Positions 48,394 to 57,982 of a DNA stretch of 64,000 nt are shown here, piece by piece. The first letter of the stretch is position 1; every line of letters starts with the position of its first letter. The translations under genes were made by a program, and so were the position numbers. The DNA comes from Terracidiphilus sp. (lineage in GTDB: Bacteria; Acidobacteriota; Terriglobia; Terriglobales; Acidobacteriaceae). The notes under the pieces were generated by a model, which did not search any database, had not been told where the DNA came from, and saw only the letters and a list, made by a program, of their open reading frames with translations. The stretch spans positions 20,164 to 84,163 of the forward strand of contig JARLFZ010000003.1 of the NCBI GenBank assembly GCA_031296305.1, given 5' to 3'.

Positions 48394-49965
48394 ATGGATC
48401 GCAGAGGTTTGATGAAAATGGGGGCCGGGGCGGTGGTGACGGGCATTGTTTCCAGCGCCTCGGCAGCGCGGGCAAATGCCGGGAACGAGCAGCCCATGAA
48501 CGAAAAAGTTGAACAGTGGGGCGTATTTGAGGTCAAAGCGCAGGGGCCTTCGGCCGGGAATCCGTTTGTGGATGTTCAGTTTGGGGCGCGGTTTGCGCTG
48601 GGCCACAGGAGCGTGGAAGCGGCCGGTTTTTATGACGGCAAAGGGGTCTACAAAGTGCGTTTCTCGCCAGACATGGTGGGACGCTGGAGCTTTGAAACCG
48701 CCAGCAACGTGAGTGAGCTTGCCGGCCTCACCGGCGGCTTCGAGTGTGTGGCGCCGGCGACAGACAATCGCGGACCGGTGGGAACAGCGCACCAGTTCCA
48801 CTTTCAATATGCCGAAGGAACGCCTTACTTCCCCTTCGGAACGACTTGTTACTCGTACGGTTTTATCGGCGCGCCTTACGGCGACGAGACTCTGAAGAAC
48901 CTGAAAGAGGCAGGATTCAACAAGGTGCGCATCTGTTTGCTGCCCAAGGGACTGGGGAAATTGCAGCCGGCGGCCATGCCCTTCGAGAGAATTGGCGAGG
49001 CGTCGCCGCCGGGCACGGAGAATCTCGAGGACAATGGCGCGAGCAAAGAGAAATTCGATCTGGCGCGGTTCAATCCGGCCTACTTTGAGCATTTTGAATC
49101 GAGGATTCAGGATCTGATGGCAGCCGGCATTGAGGCGGACGTGATTCTTTTCCATCCCTACGATGCGTGGGGATTCAAGGCCATGGGGCAGGAGGCGGAC
49201 GACCGCTATTTGCGGTACGCGGTGGCGCGGCTTTCCGCATACCGGAACGTCTGGTGGTCAATTGCCAACGAATACGACCTGGTGCGCGCGAAGACCATGG
49301 CGGATTGGGACCGTTTCTTTCGCATCGTGCAGGAGTGTGATCCGTACAGCCGGTTGCGGTCGATTCATCACAGCCGCGTGGTGTACGACCATTCGAAGCC
49401 ATGGTGCACGCATGCCAGCTTGCAGGAATACGACTTTGAAAAATCGCCGGAGCGCATGGCGGCATGGAACAAGCCGATCGTCTACGACGAGATTCAGTAC
49501 GAGGGCAACATTTCGCGCCGCTGGGGCAATCTTTCGCCGGAAGAGATGACACACCGCTTCTGGCGCGCCATTGTCTACGGCGTGTACGCGACGCATGGAG
49601 AAACTTACATGGCCACGGACGGGAGTCCAGTCTGGTCCGATGCTGGCGAATTGCATGGAACGAGTGCGGCGCGCATCACGTTCCTGCGCAAGCTGCTGGA
49701 GAAGTCGGGCACCACAGGCCTGATGGCATCCGAGAATCCGTATTACCTGAATGCGGGCAATCCCGGCGCGGTGATTCTTTACTACTTCGACTATCACTGC
49801 GTGGGCGAGTATGAGTTTCCACTGCCGGAGAAGGTCGCGTTCAAAGCCACGATGATCGATCCGTGGGCGATGACGGAATCGCCGTTGCCCGGAACTTTCA
49901 GTGGCAAAAGCAAGATCACGCTTAGCGGCAAGCCGTACATGGCTGTGCTGTTTGAGAAGGCGTAA
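48394..49965 (+). CDS. Tat-exported DUF5060-DUF4038-DUF5605 putative glycoside hydrolase (apiosidase-like)
   Basis: MDRRGLMK Tat signal; VEQWGVFE...GNPF...GFYDG, GTPYFPFGTT, WWSIANEYD, YDEIQYEG and THGETY. Confidence 0.8.
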   Translation: MDRRGLMKMGAGAVVTGIVSSASAARANAGNEQPMNEKVEQWGVFEVKAQGPSAGNPFVDVQFGARFALGHRSVEAAGFYDGKGVYKVRFSPDMVGRWSFETASNVSELAGLTGGFECVAPATDNRGPVGTAHQFHFQYAEGTPYFPFGTTCYSYGFIGAPYGDETLKNLKEAGFNKVRICLLPKGLGKLQPAAMPFERIGEASPPGTENLEDNGASKEKFDLARFNPAYFEHFESRIQDLMAAGIEADVILFHPYDAWGFKAMGQEADDRYLRYAVARLSAYRNVWWSIANEYDLVRAKTMADWDRFFRIVQECDPYSRLRSIHHSRVVYDHSKPWCTHASLQEYDFEKSPERMAAWNKPIVYDEIQYEGNISRRWGNLSPEEMTHRFWRAIVYGVYATHGETYMATDGSPVWSDAGELHGTSAARITFLRKLLEKSGTTGLMASENPYYLNAGNPGAVILYYFDYHCVGEYEFPLPEKVAFKATMIDPWAMTESPLPGTFSGKSKITLSGKPYMAVLFEKA

Positions 49966-49975
49966 GGTCGAATTT

Positions 49976-52633
49976 ATGAGGCTTCGTTCAAGCCGTATTT
50001 CGCGCTCATTTTGCGCAACGTTGCTAGTGCTTGCTTTGTGCGGCTCGGCGCACGCTGTCACTGTGGTTAGTGCTAAAGGTGCGTCGCCGCGCGAGCTTTA
50101 TGGCGCGCAGGAACTGCGCTCCGCGCTTGCGGAGTTGAAATCACCGCCGGCGGGTGTGCGCGTGCTGATCGCGGTGCGCAGCGCACCGGAGCTCGCGCAC
50201 TTCGATCTGCCCGAGTTCTGGCCGCAGGCCCAGGAAGCGTTTCTCATCAAACAAATTGGAAAAACGTGGATCGTCACGGGATCCGATCCGTCGGGCGTGC
50301 TCTACGGCGAGCTTGAGCTGGCCGATCGCATCCGCGCCGGGAAGACGCTGCCCGCGGGGATCGATGACATGGAGCATCCGGCGCTGAAGCTGCGTGGAAC
50401 CTGCATCGGGATGCAAAAGCAGGAGATCACCTACGACAATGCGGAGTACGACTATCCCTACACGCCGCAGAATTTTCCGTTCTTTTACGACAAGGCCGCG
50501 TGGATCAAGTATCTCGACATGCTGGCCGAGGAACGTTACAACACGCTCTACCTTTGGAACGGCCACCCGTTCACCAGCCTGCTGAAATTGCCGAAATATC
50601 CTGAGGCGCAGGAGTTGCCCACGGCGCAACTGGACGAGAACATTGCAATGTTCAAGTGGTTGACCGCGGAGGCCGACCGGCGCGGCATCTGGGTGCTGCA
50701 AGGGTTTTATAACATTCATCTTTCGCACACCTTCGCCCGCGCCCATCATCTTCCGTATCATTTGTCGGCTCCCAATGACGAGGCCAGCGCCTATACACGT
50801 TACGTGATCTCGGAATTTGTGCGCGAGTATCCGCACGCCGGCCTGATGATGACCCTGGGCGAGGCGCTGAGCCCGCGCTACGGAGCGGAATGGCTGGCGC
50901 AGACCATTATTCCCGGCGTGAAGGATGGACTGAAGGAACTCGGCATCACCGAGGAACCACCGATCGTGGTGCGCGCGCACGCCACGGACATCGACGAAGT
51001 GATGAAGGCAGCCACGCCGATCTACTCGAACATCGACACCATGTTCAAGTGGAATGGCGAATCGCTTACGTGGACCAACGTGCGGGGGCCAGTGCTCGAC
51101 CGCTTCAAGATGCTCGCCGAATCCTCAAACGTGGCCGTCGCCAACGTGCACCTGCTTTCGAACCTGGAGCCGTTCCGTTGGGGCGATCCTGATTTTATTC
51201 GACAGACAGAGACGAACTTTCAGCGCATCGGCATCGAAGGGCTGCATGTTTATCCGTTGCGCTACTGGGATTGGCCGTACGCGGGCGACAGCACGCAACC
51301 AATGCTGCTGCAAACGGATCGCGACTGGCTCTGGTTTGAGGCGTGGGGACGCTACGCGTGGAATCCGAATCGCGATCCCGAAAAAGAGCATGCGTATTGG
51401 GTGTCGCGCTTCGCGGAGAAATTCGGATCAGCGGAGGCCGGCGAAAAGATTCTTGCCGCGTACACACTGGCCGGACCCTGCCAGCCAAAGCTTCTGCCGC
51501 GCATCGGCATCACGGAAGGAAACCGCCAGGCGCTCACGCTGGGCATGACGATGCCGCAGTTGATAGATCCCGCACGCTTCAATCCCGCGGTACCGCTGTG
51601 GACGGGCGACGGGCCGCCGGGCGAGCGGCTGGACGAATACGTGGCCGAAGAAGTCAAGAACGAGCCACACCATGGCGAGACGCCGCTCGCCGTAAGCGAT
51701 GAAACTGTGGACGCATCGCGGAAGGCATTCGATGCGGCGAATGCGGCTGAAGCCTTTGTGACGAAGAATAAGGCCGAGTATGGGCGCATCGTGAACGATA
51801 TACACGCGATCGCGTTGCTGATGGAGTTCTACAACGCGAAGACCAAGGCGGCGGAGCAGGTGCTGCTTTACGGATACGATCACGATGCGGCGCATTTGCG
51901 GGAGGCTGAAACACTGTTGGCGGAAAGTGTGGACCGTTTTCGTGAACTGACTGCGATTGCTGGTCCGGCGTACCGCACCGCCACCAGTATGGAGACGACG
52001 CAGCGCCAGATTCCGTTTCGCGGTGGCATGAATCAGTTCCCAAACTGGCAGCAGTGCCTACCGATGTATGAGAAGGAGTTGGCCACGTTTCGCAAGCGGC
52101 TGACGCAGTTAAGATCCGGTGAGAAGATCGACGAGAGCAAGCCGGTTGCAACACTGCCGCAAATTGGATTCATGCTCCATCCCGGCGCGGGCGAGGCATT
52201 CACGGTGGAGAAGGGCGCGATTCTGTTTGTTGGTGCGCATGCCGCGATAAGCGATCTAGCGCCTGAGCTTGCGGGGATGAAGGGAATCCGCATCTCGCCG
52301 AGCGAAGGCGGAACGCTGCACTTCGATCTCGCGGAGCCCGCTCAGATTCTGGTCGGTTTTGTGAGCAACGCATCGAAGAAGAACTCGGTGCTCGATCCTG
52401 AAACCGAGCAGTGGAACCTGGCGCTCCTGAACGCAATTGCGGCGCCGAAGGTTCCGGCCATGGCGGTGTGGTCCAAGCCGCTACCCGCCGGAGCAAACGA
52501 GCTCGACCTGGGCAAGGGTCAATACGTGATCCTCGGCTTCATTCCTGCTGACGACCATATAGCTCCTCACGTGAATTTCGCGCAGACGGGCAGCGGAGGC
52601 GGTCCGCCGAATCTGGACTGGCTATTCGAGTAG
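49976..52633 (+). CDS. GH138-like alpha-D-galacturonidase
   Basis: LRGTCIGMQK, YPYTPQNFPFFYDK, LYLWNGHPF, LGEA, NGESLT, NLEPFRWG, YWDWPY and DRDW match my recollection of B. thetaiotaomicron BT0997 (GH138); signal peptide. Confidence 0.75.
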   Translation: MRLRSSRISRSFCATLLVLALCGSAHAVTVVSAKGASPRELYGAQELRSALAELKSPPAGVRVLIAVRSAPELAHFDLPEFWPQAQEAFLIKQIGKTWIVTGSDPSGVLYGELELADRIRAGKTLPAGIDDMEHPALKLRGTCIGMQKQEITYDNAEYDYPYTPQNFPFFYDKAAWIKYLDMLAEERYNTLYLWNGHPFTSLLKLPKYPEAQELPTAQLDENIAMFKWLTAEADRRGIWVLQGFYNIHLSHTFARAHHLPYHLSAPNDEASAYTRYVISEFVREYPHAGLMMTLGEALSPRYGAEWLAQTIIPGVKDGLKELGITEEPPIVVRAHATDIDEVMKAATPIYSNIDTMFKWNGESLTWTNVRGPVLDRFKMLAESSNVAVANVHLLSNLEPFRWGDPDFIRQTETNFQRIGIEGLHVYPLRYWDWPYAGDSTQPMLLQTDRDWLWFEAWGRYAWNPNRDPEKEHAYWVSRFAEKFGSAEAGEKILAAYTLAGPCQPKLLPRIGITEGNRQALTLGMTMPQLIDPARFNPAVPLWTGDGPPGERLDEYVAEEVKNEPHHGETPLAVSDETVDASRKAFDAANAAEAFVTKNKAEYGRIVNDIHAIALLMEFYNAKTKAAEQVLLYGYDHDAAHLREAETLLAESVDRFRELTAIAGPAYRTATSMETTQRQIPFRGGMNQFPNWQQCLPMYEKELATFRKRLTQLRSGEKIDESKPVATLPQIGFMLHPGAGEAFTVEKGAILFVGAHAAISDLAPELAGMKGIRISPSEGGTLHFDLAEPAQILVGFVSNASKKNSVLDPETEQWNLALLNAIAAPKVPAMAVWSKPLPAGANELDLGKGQYVILGFIPADDHIAPHVNFAQTGSGGGPPNLDWLFE

Positions 52634-52693
52634 AGGCAGCTCTCAGCTGTCAGCTTTCAGTCATCAGCTAGGTTGGGAAAGAACGCGCGATGG

Positions 52694-53677
52694 CTATGGC
52701 TTTTGCGACTCTTGGTTTGAAGAGGGCGGCGTACTCGCCGGTGCATCGTGGCGCGCAAGCAGCCGGGCCGCTTCTTCATCCGCAATGTGCAGAAAGCTCC
52801 CGTGCTTCGAATACGGCGGCAGCGAAGTTTGCGCTGTGATGTCCTGCCAGTGCTTCCAGTCGGTGGTGGCTACAGCTTCATAGCGTGCACGCGGCGCGCG
52901 ATAGTGGTCGTAGAAGACGATGTACTGTTTGCCGACCTGAATCGCTGATGGACCTTCCGACCAGCTCTCGTTGATGGGGCCGGAGATGTCGCTCCACGGC
53001 CCTTCAAGCGTGGGACCAGTTGCGACGCGCACTTGGAATGTAAGCGGGTCGTAAGTTTGCTCTTTGAAAATGAGTCGGTAAGGGCCGGTTGTGCCGTGAA
53101 AAATTGCGGCATCGATGGTGACGTAGCCGGGATCCAAGAAGATTGCGGGCTTGGAGAAGGTTTCGAAATCCGGCGTCATCGAAAACCAGATGCGATTGCC
53201 GTCCTGTGAATCCTTCATGGAGCTCGACCAGATGAGGAGCCACTGATTTTTCGCCGCGTCCCAGTAGGTCTCCGGCGCCCACACGTTGTTGGTCGCGGGA
53301 AAATCTGCCATGATGGGGACTTGTTTTTGCGCGGACCATGTGAGCAGATCAGGCGATGAGGCGTAACCCAGCGAGTTGCCGCGCCAGTTCCAGGTCCACA
53401 CCATGCGAAAGAGGCCGTCGGAGCCGCGCGTTAGAAAAACGTCGCGCATGAGCTCGCCGGGTTGCGCGGGTGCAAACCACGGTTGGCCGTCATTCAGCGG
53501 CGTGTAGTAATAGCCATCGCGGCTGAGCGCAAAATAAATGCCCTGATTGCCCGGCTCTTTGAAATAAATGAAGAGCCATGCGCCTTGAGAGTCCTGGGCA
53601 GGTTGAGATTGAGCATTGAATGAAATGGTTGCGAGGACAAGGATGATTGATGCAGTACGTGAAAGGGCATTTGCCAT
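52694..53677 (-). CDS. GH43 glycoside hydrolase (GH43_18/BT1021-like arabinofuranosidase)
   Basis: Motifs LMRD, MVWT, VWAPE, IDA, EGP and KHG; signal peptide; start moved to ATG 53677. Confidence 0.8.
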   Translation of the reverse strand: MANALSRTASIILVLATISFNAQSQPAQDSQGAWLFIYFKEPGNQGIYFALSRDGYYYTPLNDGQPWFAPAQPGELMRDVFLTRGSDGLFRMVWTWNWRGNSLGYASSPDLLTWSAQKQVPIMADFPATNNVWAPETYWDAAKNQWLLIWSSSMKDSQDGNRIWFSMTPDFETFSKPAIFLDPGYVTIDAAIFHGTTGPYRLIFKEQTYDPLTFQVRVATGPTLEGPWSDISGPINESWSEGPSAIQVGKQYIVFYDHYRAPRARYEAVATTDWKHWQDITAQTSLPPYSKHGSFLHIADEEAARLLARHDAPASTPPSSNQESQKP

Positions 53678-53687
53678 TGCGTTTTTT

Positions 53688-53760
53688 CCGCAGAGGCTAA
53701 AGCCCCCGAATCCCTTCAAAGGCCTTTTCGGCACAATTGAAGTCGTGCCCTGATACAAGA
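53688..53760. repeat. REP-like doublet (family B)
   Basis: CCGCAGAGGCTAAAGCCC ... TTCGGCACAATTGAAGTCGTGCCCTGATACAA. Confidence 0.7.
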
Positions 53761-53820
53761 CTTCTTGCGAAAGCGCTGATTGTGGCCGCGGCAGCAGAAC
53801 GGAATAACTTGGCGTCGCGC

Positions 53821-56136
53821 TCATTTCACCTCCGTGAATGATGCGTCGACGAGCGTTTTGCCGCGCCAGTGAGATTCTGCGGATTGTTTTCCGGCTTCAT
53901 CGAAGAGCTGCCAGGTCCATTGGTCGTCCGCGCCGTAGGTCTTCTGCCACTCTTTTGAGCCATCGGCGCGATAGAAGACTTCGTCGCCGATCTTGCGGCC
54001 GAGATGGAATTGCGCAGTCCATTGCAGCGTGCCATTTTCGAAGTAAAAGTTTTGCGGCCCTTCAAGAAGGATGCGGCCATCATCGGCATGCGCCGTGGTC
54101 CACTCGGCTTTGAGCTTTCCGTTGGGCCACTTCTCAATGTGCTTCGTTAGCGGTCCGACGGAATCCGGTTCGAGAGATCTTGCGGCGTCGGGCGCAAGAA
54201 CCCACGCTTCATTCAGTTCGATCTCGTAGTTCACGATGTTCTTCGATGTGGCGATGTGAATTACAGCGTCGGGGCCCTCGGTTGCGGTTACGTAGCCGAC
54301 AGTGAGAATGTCGGCGGGCAGGCGCTTCTGCTCCCAGGTCTTGCCGTCATCGTCGGAGAGTGCAACGAACGCGCCGTCCTTGTGCAGATGCTTTTCGTTA
54401 TGAGGATTGAAATCGGCGACAAAGAAGAGACGGCCGGAGGCAAGGCGAATCACGCTGGGCCGCTCACCGCTGGCAAGTGGATCAAAGATCGTTTTGGATT
54501 TTGCCCAGGTTTTGCCGCCATCGGAACTGGTGGCGAGCGGCATGCGGCCGTCGATGTTTGAGTTTTTCCCGCCGAAGCCGAGGATGGTTTCGTCATTGTC
54601 CGCCATCACGATCGTGGTGTGGCGGCCGGCGGTGCGTCCACCCGTGTCGTACCAGGTTCGGCCGTTGTCGCGCGTGGCCCACACCGCGGAGATGGAGCCG
54701 TTGCCGTCGTCATCGCGCCCTGTGGAGTCGGTAGGGATGTAGATGGTTCCGTTCTTCGCACGCACGATGGAGTTGATGGGTTGCGAGACGTAGCGGCCGA
54801 TGGGCGCGGTGAAGTGAGGAAATTCGATCGGTGTCCACGTCGCGCCGTTGTCATCGGAAGTCGTGAAGGCGAAGGGCGGCGCGCCGATCAAGCGCGGGAA
54901 ACCGAAGAACAGCCATAGATGTCCGCGATCGTTCCAGAGGACAGGCGCGGCGCAGGCGGCGTCGGCAAAGTCGGGCCACGGCTCCGGCATGTCCCAGTCT
55001 TCAGCGCCTGCGCGGCGGCGCATCACCATTACGGTCTGGTCGGGATCGTCTTCGTTGCGCGGTGTGTTGTAGTAGGCGGCGACCACGTCGCCGTTTGCGA
55101 GCACCTGGATGGCAGAGTTGTGATAGTTGATGCCGAGACCCGGCGCGAGGCCGGCGCGCCAACCAACATCCGGCATGGATTTTCCATTGAGGTTCGGAAA
55201 CAATTCATGCACGTGATAGAACGGCGTTGTTGGATTTGGACCTCTGGTGGGATCGGGGCCATTCGCAAGATTGAGGCTTTTGGCAGGAAAGAGCGGCGTC
55301 TGCTTCACATCGGCGAAAAAGAAAAACTGTGCAGCGGGCGAGGGATGTGACGTGGGATTCGGTGCCTGCACCACACGGAATCCGATGTTGCCATTCTTCG
55401 GCGCGTAGCTCGGCGCCATGCTCGCGCGATTGGCGGAGCGCATGAAATACGGCGCGGTTGCGGGAACCATCTCGCCGGGTTTCGATTTGCGGAAGTCGAG
55501 GCCGCCACCGCGCACGACGCGAAAATATCCATGCCGCGGGCCGGTGGGATCGATTTGCGCCGCGGAAGGATACGGGCCGTACCAATCTGCGACCCACTCC
55601 GGCGTGCCTTCGCCCATGACGACTCCCCATGTGTTGGCCTGGCCCGGCGCGGGTGGAGTGTCGCCGGTGAAAAACGGAGTTCGCTTGCCTGCGCGCGCGG
55701 CGTACTCCCACTCGGCTTCAGTGGGGAGGCGCCAGGGCTTGCCAGTTTTCGTTGAGAGCCACGCGCAGAATGCCACCGCCTGGTTGTAGCTGATGCCTGC
55801 GGCGTAATCGGGATATGCGGCGACGGGTTGGTAGGAGGGATCGAACTGCTGGAACTGCTTGACGGTGACGAGATGCGTAGCGATAGAAAAAGCGTGCGTG
55901 ATGGTGACGCGATGCGCAGGGACTTCGTCGAAGTCGCCGTGCGCGGGGCGGTTCGACATGACGCCGAAGCCGTTAACGATTGTCGGCGAGAGCGCGGCAA
56001 CGTCGGCGCCCATGGTGAATGAGCCAGCGGGGATTTGCGCCGTGGGGATGGAAGGCGCAGATTGCGCGAGGAGGGAGAGGTGCGTTGCTAGGATTGTGAC
56101 GGCGCCGAAGAAGAACTTCTCAAAATTCAGATTCAA
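53821..56136 (-). CDS. Secreted fusion: FGE-sulfatase (SUMF1-like) domain + Asp-box sialidase-like propeller + MORN-like tail
   Basis: GSFTMG, RLPTEAEWEYAARAG, EWVADWY, RVVRGG and IGFRVV; Asp boxes SDDNGATW, TRDNGRTW, SSDGGKTW and SDDDGKTW; tail WPNGKLK / YFENGTL / YRADGSK. Confidence 0.85.
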   Translation of the reverse strand: MNLNFEKFFFGAVTILATHLSLLAQSAPSIPTAQIPAGSFTMGADVAALSPTIVNGFGVMSNRPAHGDFDEVPAHRVTITHAFSIATHLVTVKQFQQFDPSYQPVAAYPDYAAGISYNQAVAFCAWLSTKTGKPWRLPTEAEWEYAARAGKRTPFFTGDTPPAPGQANTWGVVMGEGTPEWVADWYGPYPSAAQIDPTGPRHGYFRVVRGGGLDFRKSKPGEMVPATAPYFMRSANRASMAPSYAPKNGNIGFRVVQAPNPTSHPSPAAQFFFFADVKQTPLFPAKSLNLANGPDPTRGPNPTTPFYHVHELFPNLNGKSMPDVGWRAGLAPGLGINYHNSAIQVLANGDVVAAYYNTPRNEDDPDQTVMVMRRRAGAEDWDMPEPWPDFADAACAAPVLWNDRGHLWLFFGFPRLIGAPPFAFTTSDDNGATWTPIEFPHFTAPIGRYVSQPINSIVRAKNGTIYIPTDSTGRDDDGNGSISAVWATRDNGRTWYDTGGRTAGRHTTIVMADNDETILGFGGKNSNIDGRMPLATSSDGGKTWAKSKTIFDPLASGERPSVIRLASGRLFFVADFNPHNEKHLHKDGAFVALSDDDGKTWEQKRLPADILTVGYVTATEGPDAVIHIATSKNIVNYEIELNEAWVLAPDAARSLEPDSVGPLTKHIEKWPNGKLKAEWTTAHADDGRILLEGPQNFYFENGTLQWTAQFHLGRKIGDEVFYRADGSKEWQKTYGADDQWTWQLFDEAGKQSAESHWRGKTLVDASFTEVK

Positions 56137-56143
56137 GAGCGAT

Positions 56144-56211
56144 CCTCCGGGCCTGAAGGCCCGATTTAGTTTGTGTTGGATTCAGGAGCCTGGAGGCTCC
56201 TGCTCCCTCCG
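56144..56211. repeat. REP-like doublet (family B variant) overlapping the GH142-like stop codon
   Basis: CGGGCCT-GA-AGGCCCG and CAGGAGCCT-GG-AGGCTCCTG hairpins. Confidence 0.7.
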
Positions 56212-57818
56212 GTTGGCAGCTCGGCTTCCAGCGGGCCGAGCGTGGCGCGGGTTGCGATCTTCTTTCCGTCGACAAAGAGCATCAGGCCGCGGCCCTGCCG
56301 ATATTGTTTGCCGGTCTCGTCGTACACAATCGCGAGCAAATGGCCGTGATAGGGAAGGCCGTCCAATGCAAAATACATCCACGTGCCGGCGGGCAGGAGC
56401 GGATGGATTTCGATCTTCGAGTCCGCGCGCGGGCGCAGGCCGATGAGTCCCGTGATGAGCGGATCGGCGAATCCGGAATGATTGTAGTAGTTTCCGCGGC
56501 CCACCTGCTTGTTTTTGGCGATGAGCATGTCTTTCGCGATCCACTGATCGGTGTCGGCGTCGAGATCTTCGTCGATCCAGTCGATGACGTGGCCGGTGGG
56601 CAGCTTGGTGTGTTGCGACAAAACATAGTTTGCGAATAACTGGTAGTACTGCTCTTTTCCGATGTACGGCTGCGCGGGGCCGTTGAGCAAGTTGGCCAGT
56701 GCCAGCAGCGTTTGCGTGGTGGCGTAAGGCCACGAGGGGCCATTCCACGTGCACTGATCGTCGGAGGCAAAGCGGTAGCGCGGGCTGCGCCGCTCGGCGG
56801 TGGTGGGTCCGTATTTGCCGGCGAATCCGTTGGGATCGAAGAGTTGCCTCCATGCGATGGCGTGACTCGGCGTTGGCTCATAGAACTGCCAGGGAATGTA
56901 GCCGATGAGTTCGCGCACGCCGGCGAACTGAAGTTGCGTGCCGGGGTCCTTGAATCGCTTCTCTTTGCGAATGCCGGAATCGGCCGCGGGAGAGAGGTCT
57001 TCGTAGAAAGCTTCTTTGGGATTCCAAAGTTTCGTTTCGATCAGATGCTCGAGTGTACCGGCCTTGGCATCGTATTCGGCGGAGATCGCTGTTTGTTGCG
57101 ACCCACGCGCGAAATCCGCAATGGCGCGCGCATCGGCCAGCATGTAGCTGTTGAGCGGTGTGCGATAGCCGTCGCCGCCGATGGACTTCTCCATGGCGTC
57201 GCGAGTATCGATTTGCCAGTAGAGGCCGACGTCGGTATCGAGATGATCGTCCCAGGCTTTGTAGTTGGCTTCGAGCGCGGGCAGCAGGTCGATTCCGAGC
57301 TTGGGATCGCCGGTGGCCTGCGTTACCGATTGCACGCTCCAAGCAAAAGGAAAGCTATAGTTGCGCGGTCTTGCGTCGGGACTGCCCCAGAACCGGGCGT
57401 AATCGTCTGCGATTTTAGGGTTGCGCAGCCAGCGCGCTTCGCCGAGATGAAAGGGCGCGGCGTCGGGAAGTACGCCGTTGTTGGGAAGGTCGGGGCGGTG
57501 CAGCCATTCAGTGATGAGGAAGCCGTGGTCCGCCGTTTGCTCAACGTGCTTCTGAAATGAGTACCAGCGGAAGTAATATATTTCTTCGAACTGTTTGTTT
57601 GAGGAATTGAAGAGCGGGATGTTGGCGGCGATCCACGGCCATTCGTCGGCGGGTTGTTGGCGGGTGGCTTCGCGCTCGTCGACCGCGAATTGAGTGACGT
57701 AGTGGTGATAGTCGTCGGGATGAAGGATGGAGAAGGGCTGGGTCGACGAGGACGGCTGGGCGAGCGCGGCGGCGGGGAGAAGCAAAATAGCAAGTGCGAA
57801 TTGGAGGCGAAGTTTCAT
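56166..57818 (-). CDS. GH142-like six-hairpin glycosidase (putative beta-L-arabinofuranosidase; MGH1/GH63-related fold)
   Basis: NIPLF...EEIYYFRW, GLYWQ...DAMEKSI, NSYM, VRELIGYIPW, TTAERR, WNGPSWPY and YYNHSGFAD...GLIGLRPR match my recollection of the BT1020 GH142 module. Confidence 0.75.
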   Translation of the reverse strand: MKLRLQFALAILLLPAAALAQPSSSTQPFSILHPDDYHHYVTQFAVDEREATRQQPADEWPWIAANIPLFNSSNKQFEEIYYFRWYSFQKHVEQTADHGFLITEWLHRPDLPNNGVLPDAAPFHLGEARWLRNPKIADDYARFWGSPDARPRNYSFPFAWSVQSVTQATGDPKLGIDLLPALEANYKAWDDHLDTDVGLYWQIDTRDAMEKSIGGDGYRTPLNSYMLADARAIADFARGSQQTAISAEYDAKAGTLEHLIETKLWNPKEAFYEDLSPAADSGIRKEKRFKDPGTQLQFAGVRELIGYIPWQFYEPTPSHAIAWRQLFDPNGFAGKYGPTTAERRSPRYRFASDDQCTWNGPSWPYATTQTLLALANLLNGPAQPYIGKEQYYQLFANYVLSQHTKLPTGHVIDWIDEDLDADTDQWIAKDMLIAKNKQVGRGNYYNHSGFADPLITGLIGLRPRADSKIEIHPLLPAGTWMYFALDGLPYHGHLLAIVYDETGKQYRQGRGLMLFVDGKKIATRATLGPLEAELPTGGSRSLQAPESNTN

Positions 57819-57891
57819 CGACGAAGCATGAAAAACACAGAACGGGCTTGTACTAAAACCGTGTTGTTAAACGTCCGCTTTGGAAAACCAT

Positions 57892-57961
57892 CCCTCAGAG
57901 GCTAAAGCCCTCATTGATCCAACGTCCACTACGGCACGGCTGAAGCCGTGCCCTTTCAAAA
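57892..57961. repeat. REP-like doublet (family B)
   Basis: CCCTCAGAGGCTAAAGCCC ... TACGGCACGGCTGAAGCCGTGCCCTTTCAAA. Confidence 0.75.
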
Positions 57962-57982
57962 CCCAACCCCAACCACCGGTCG

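Noticed and set aside
53821-54150. YwqK-like antitoxin or toxin-antitoxin module
   Set aside because: The MORN-like repeats are the tail of a secreted fusion protein; no toxin is nearby.
55370-56136. Functional sulfatase-maturating FGE
   Set aside because: Catalytic cysteines are absent and no sulfatase is in the window.
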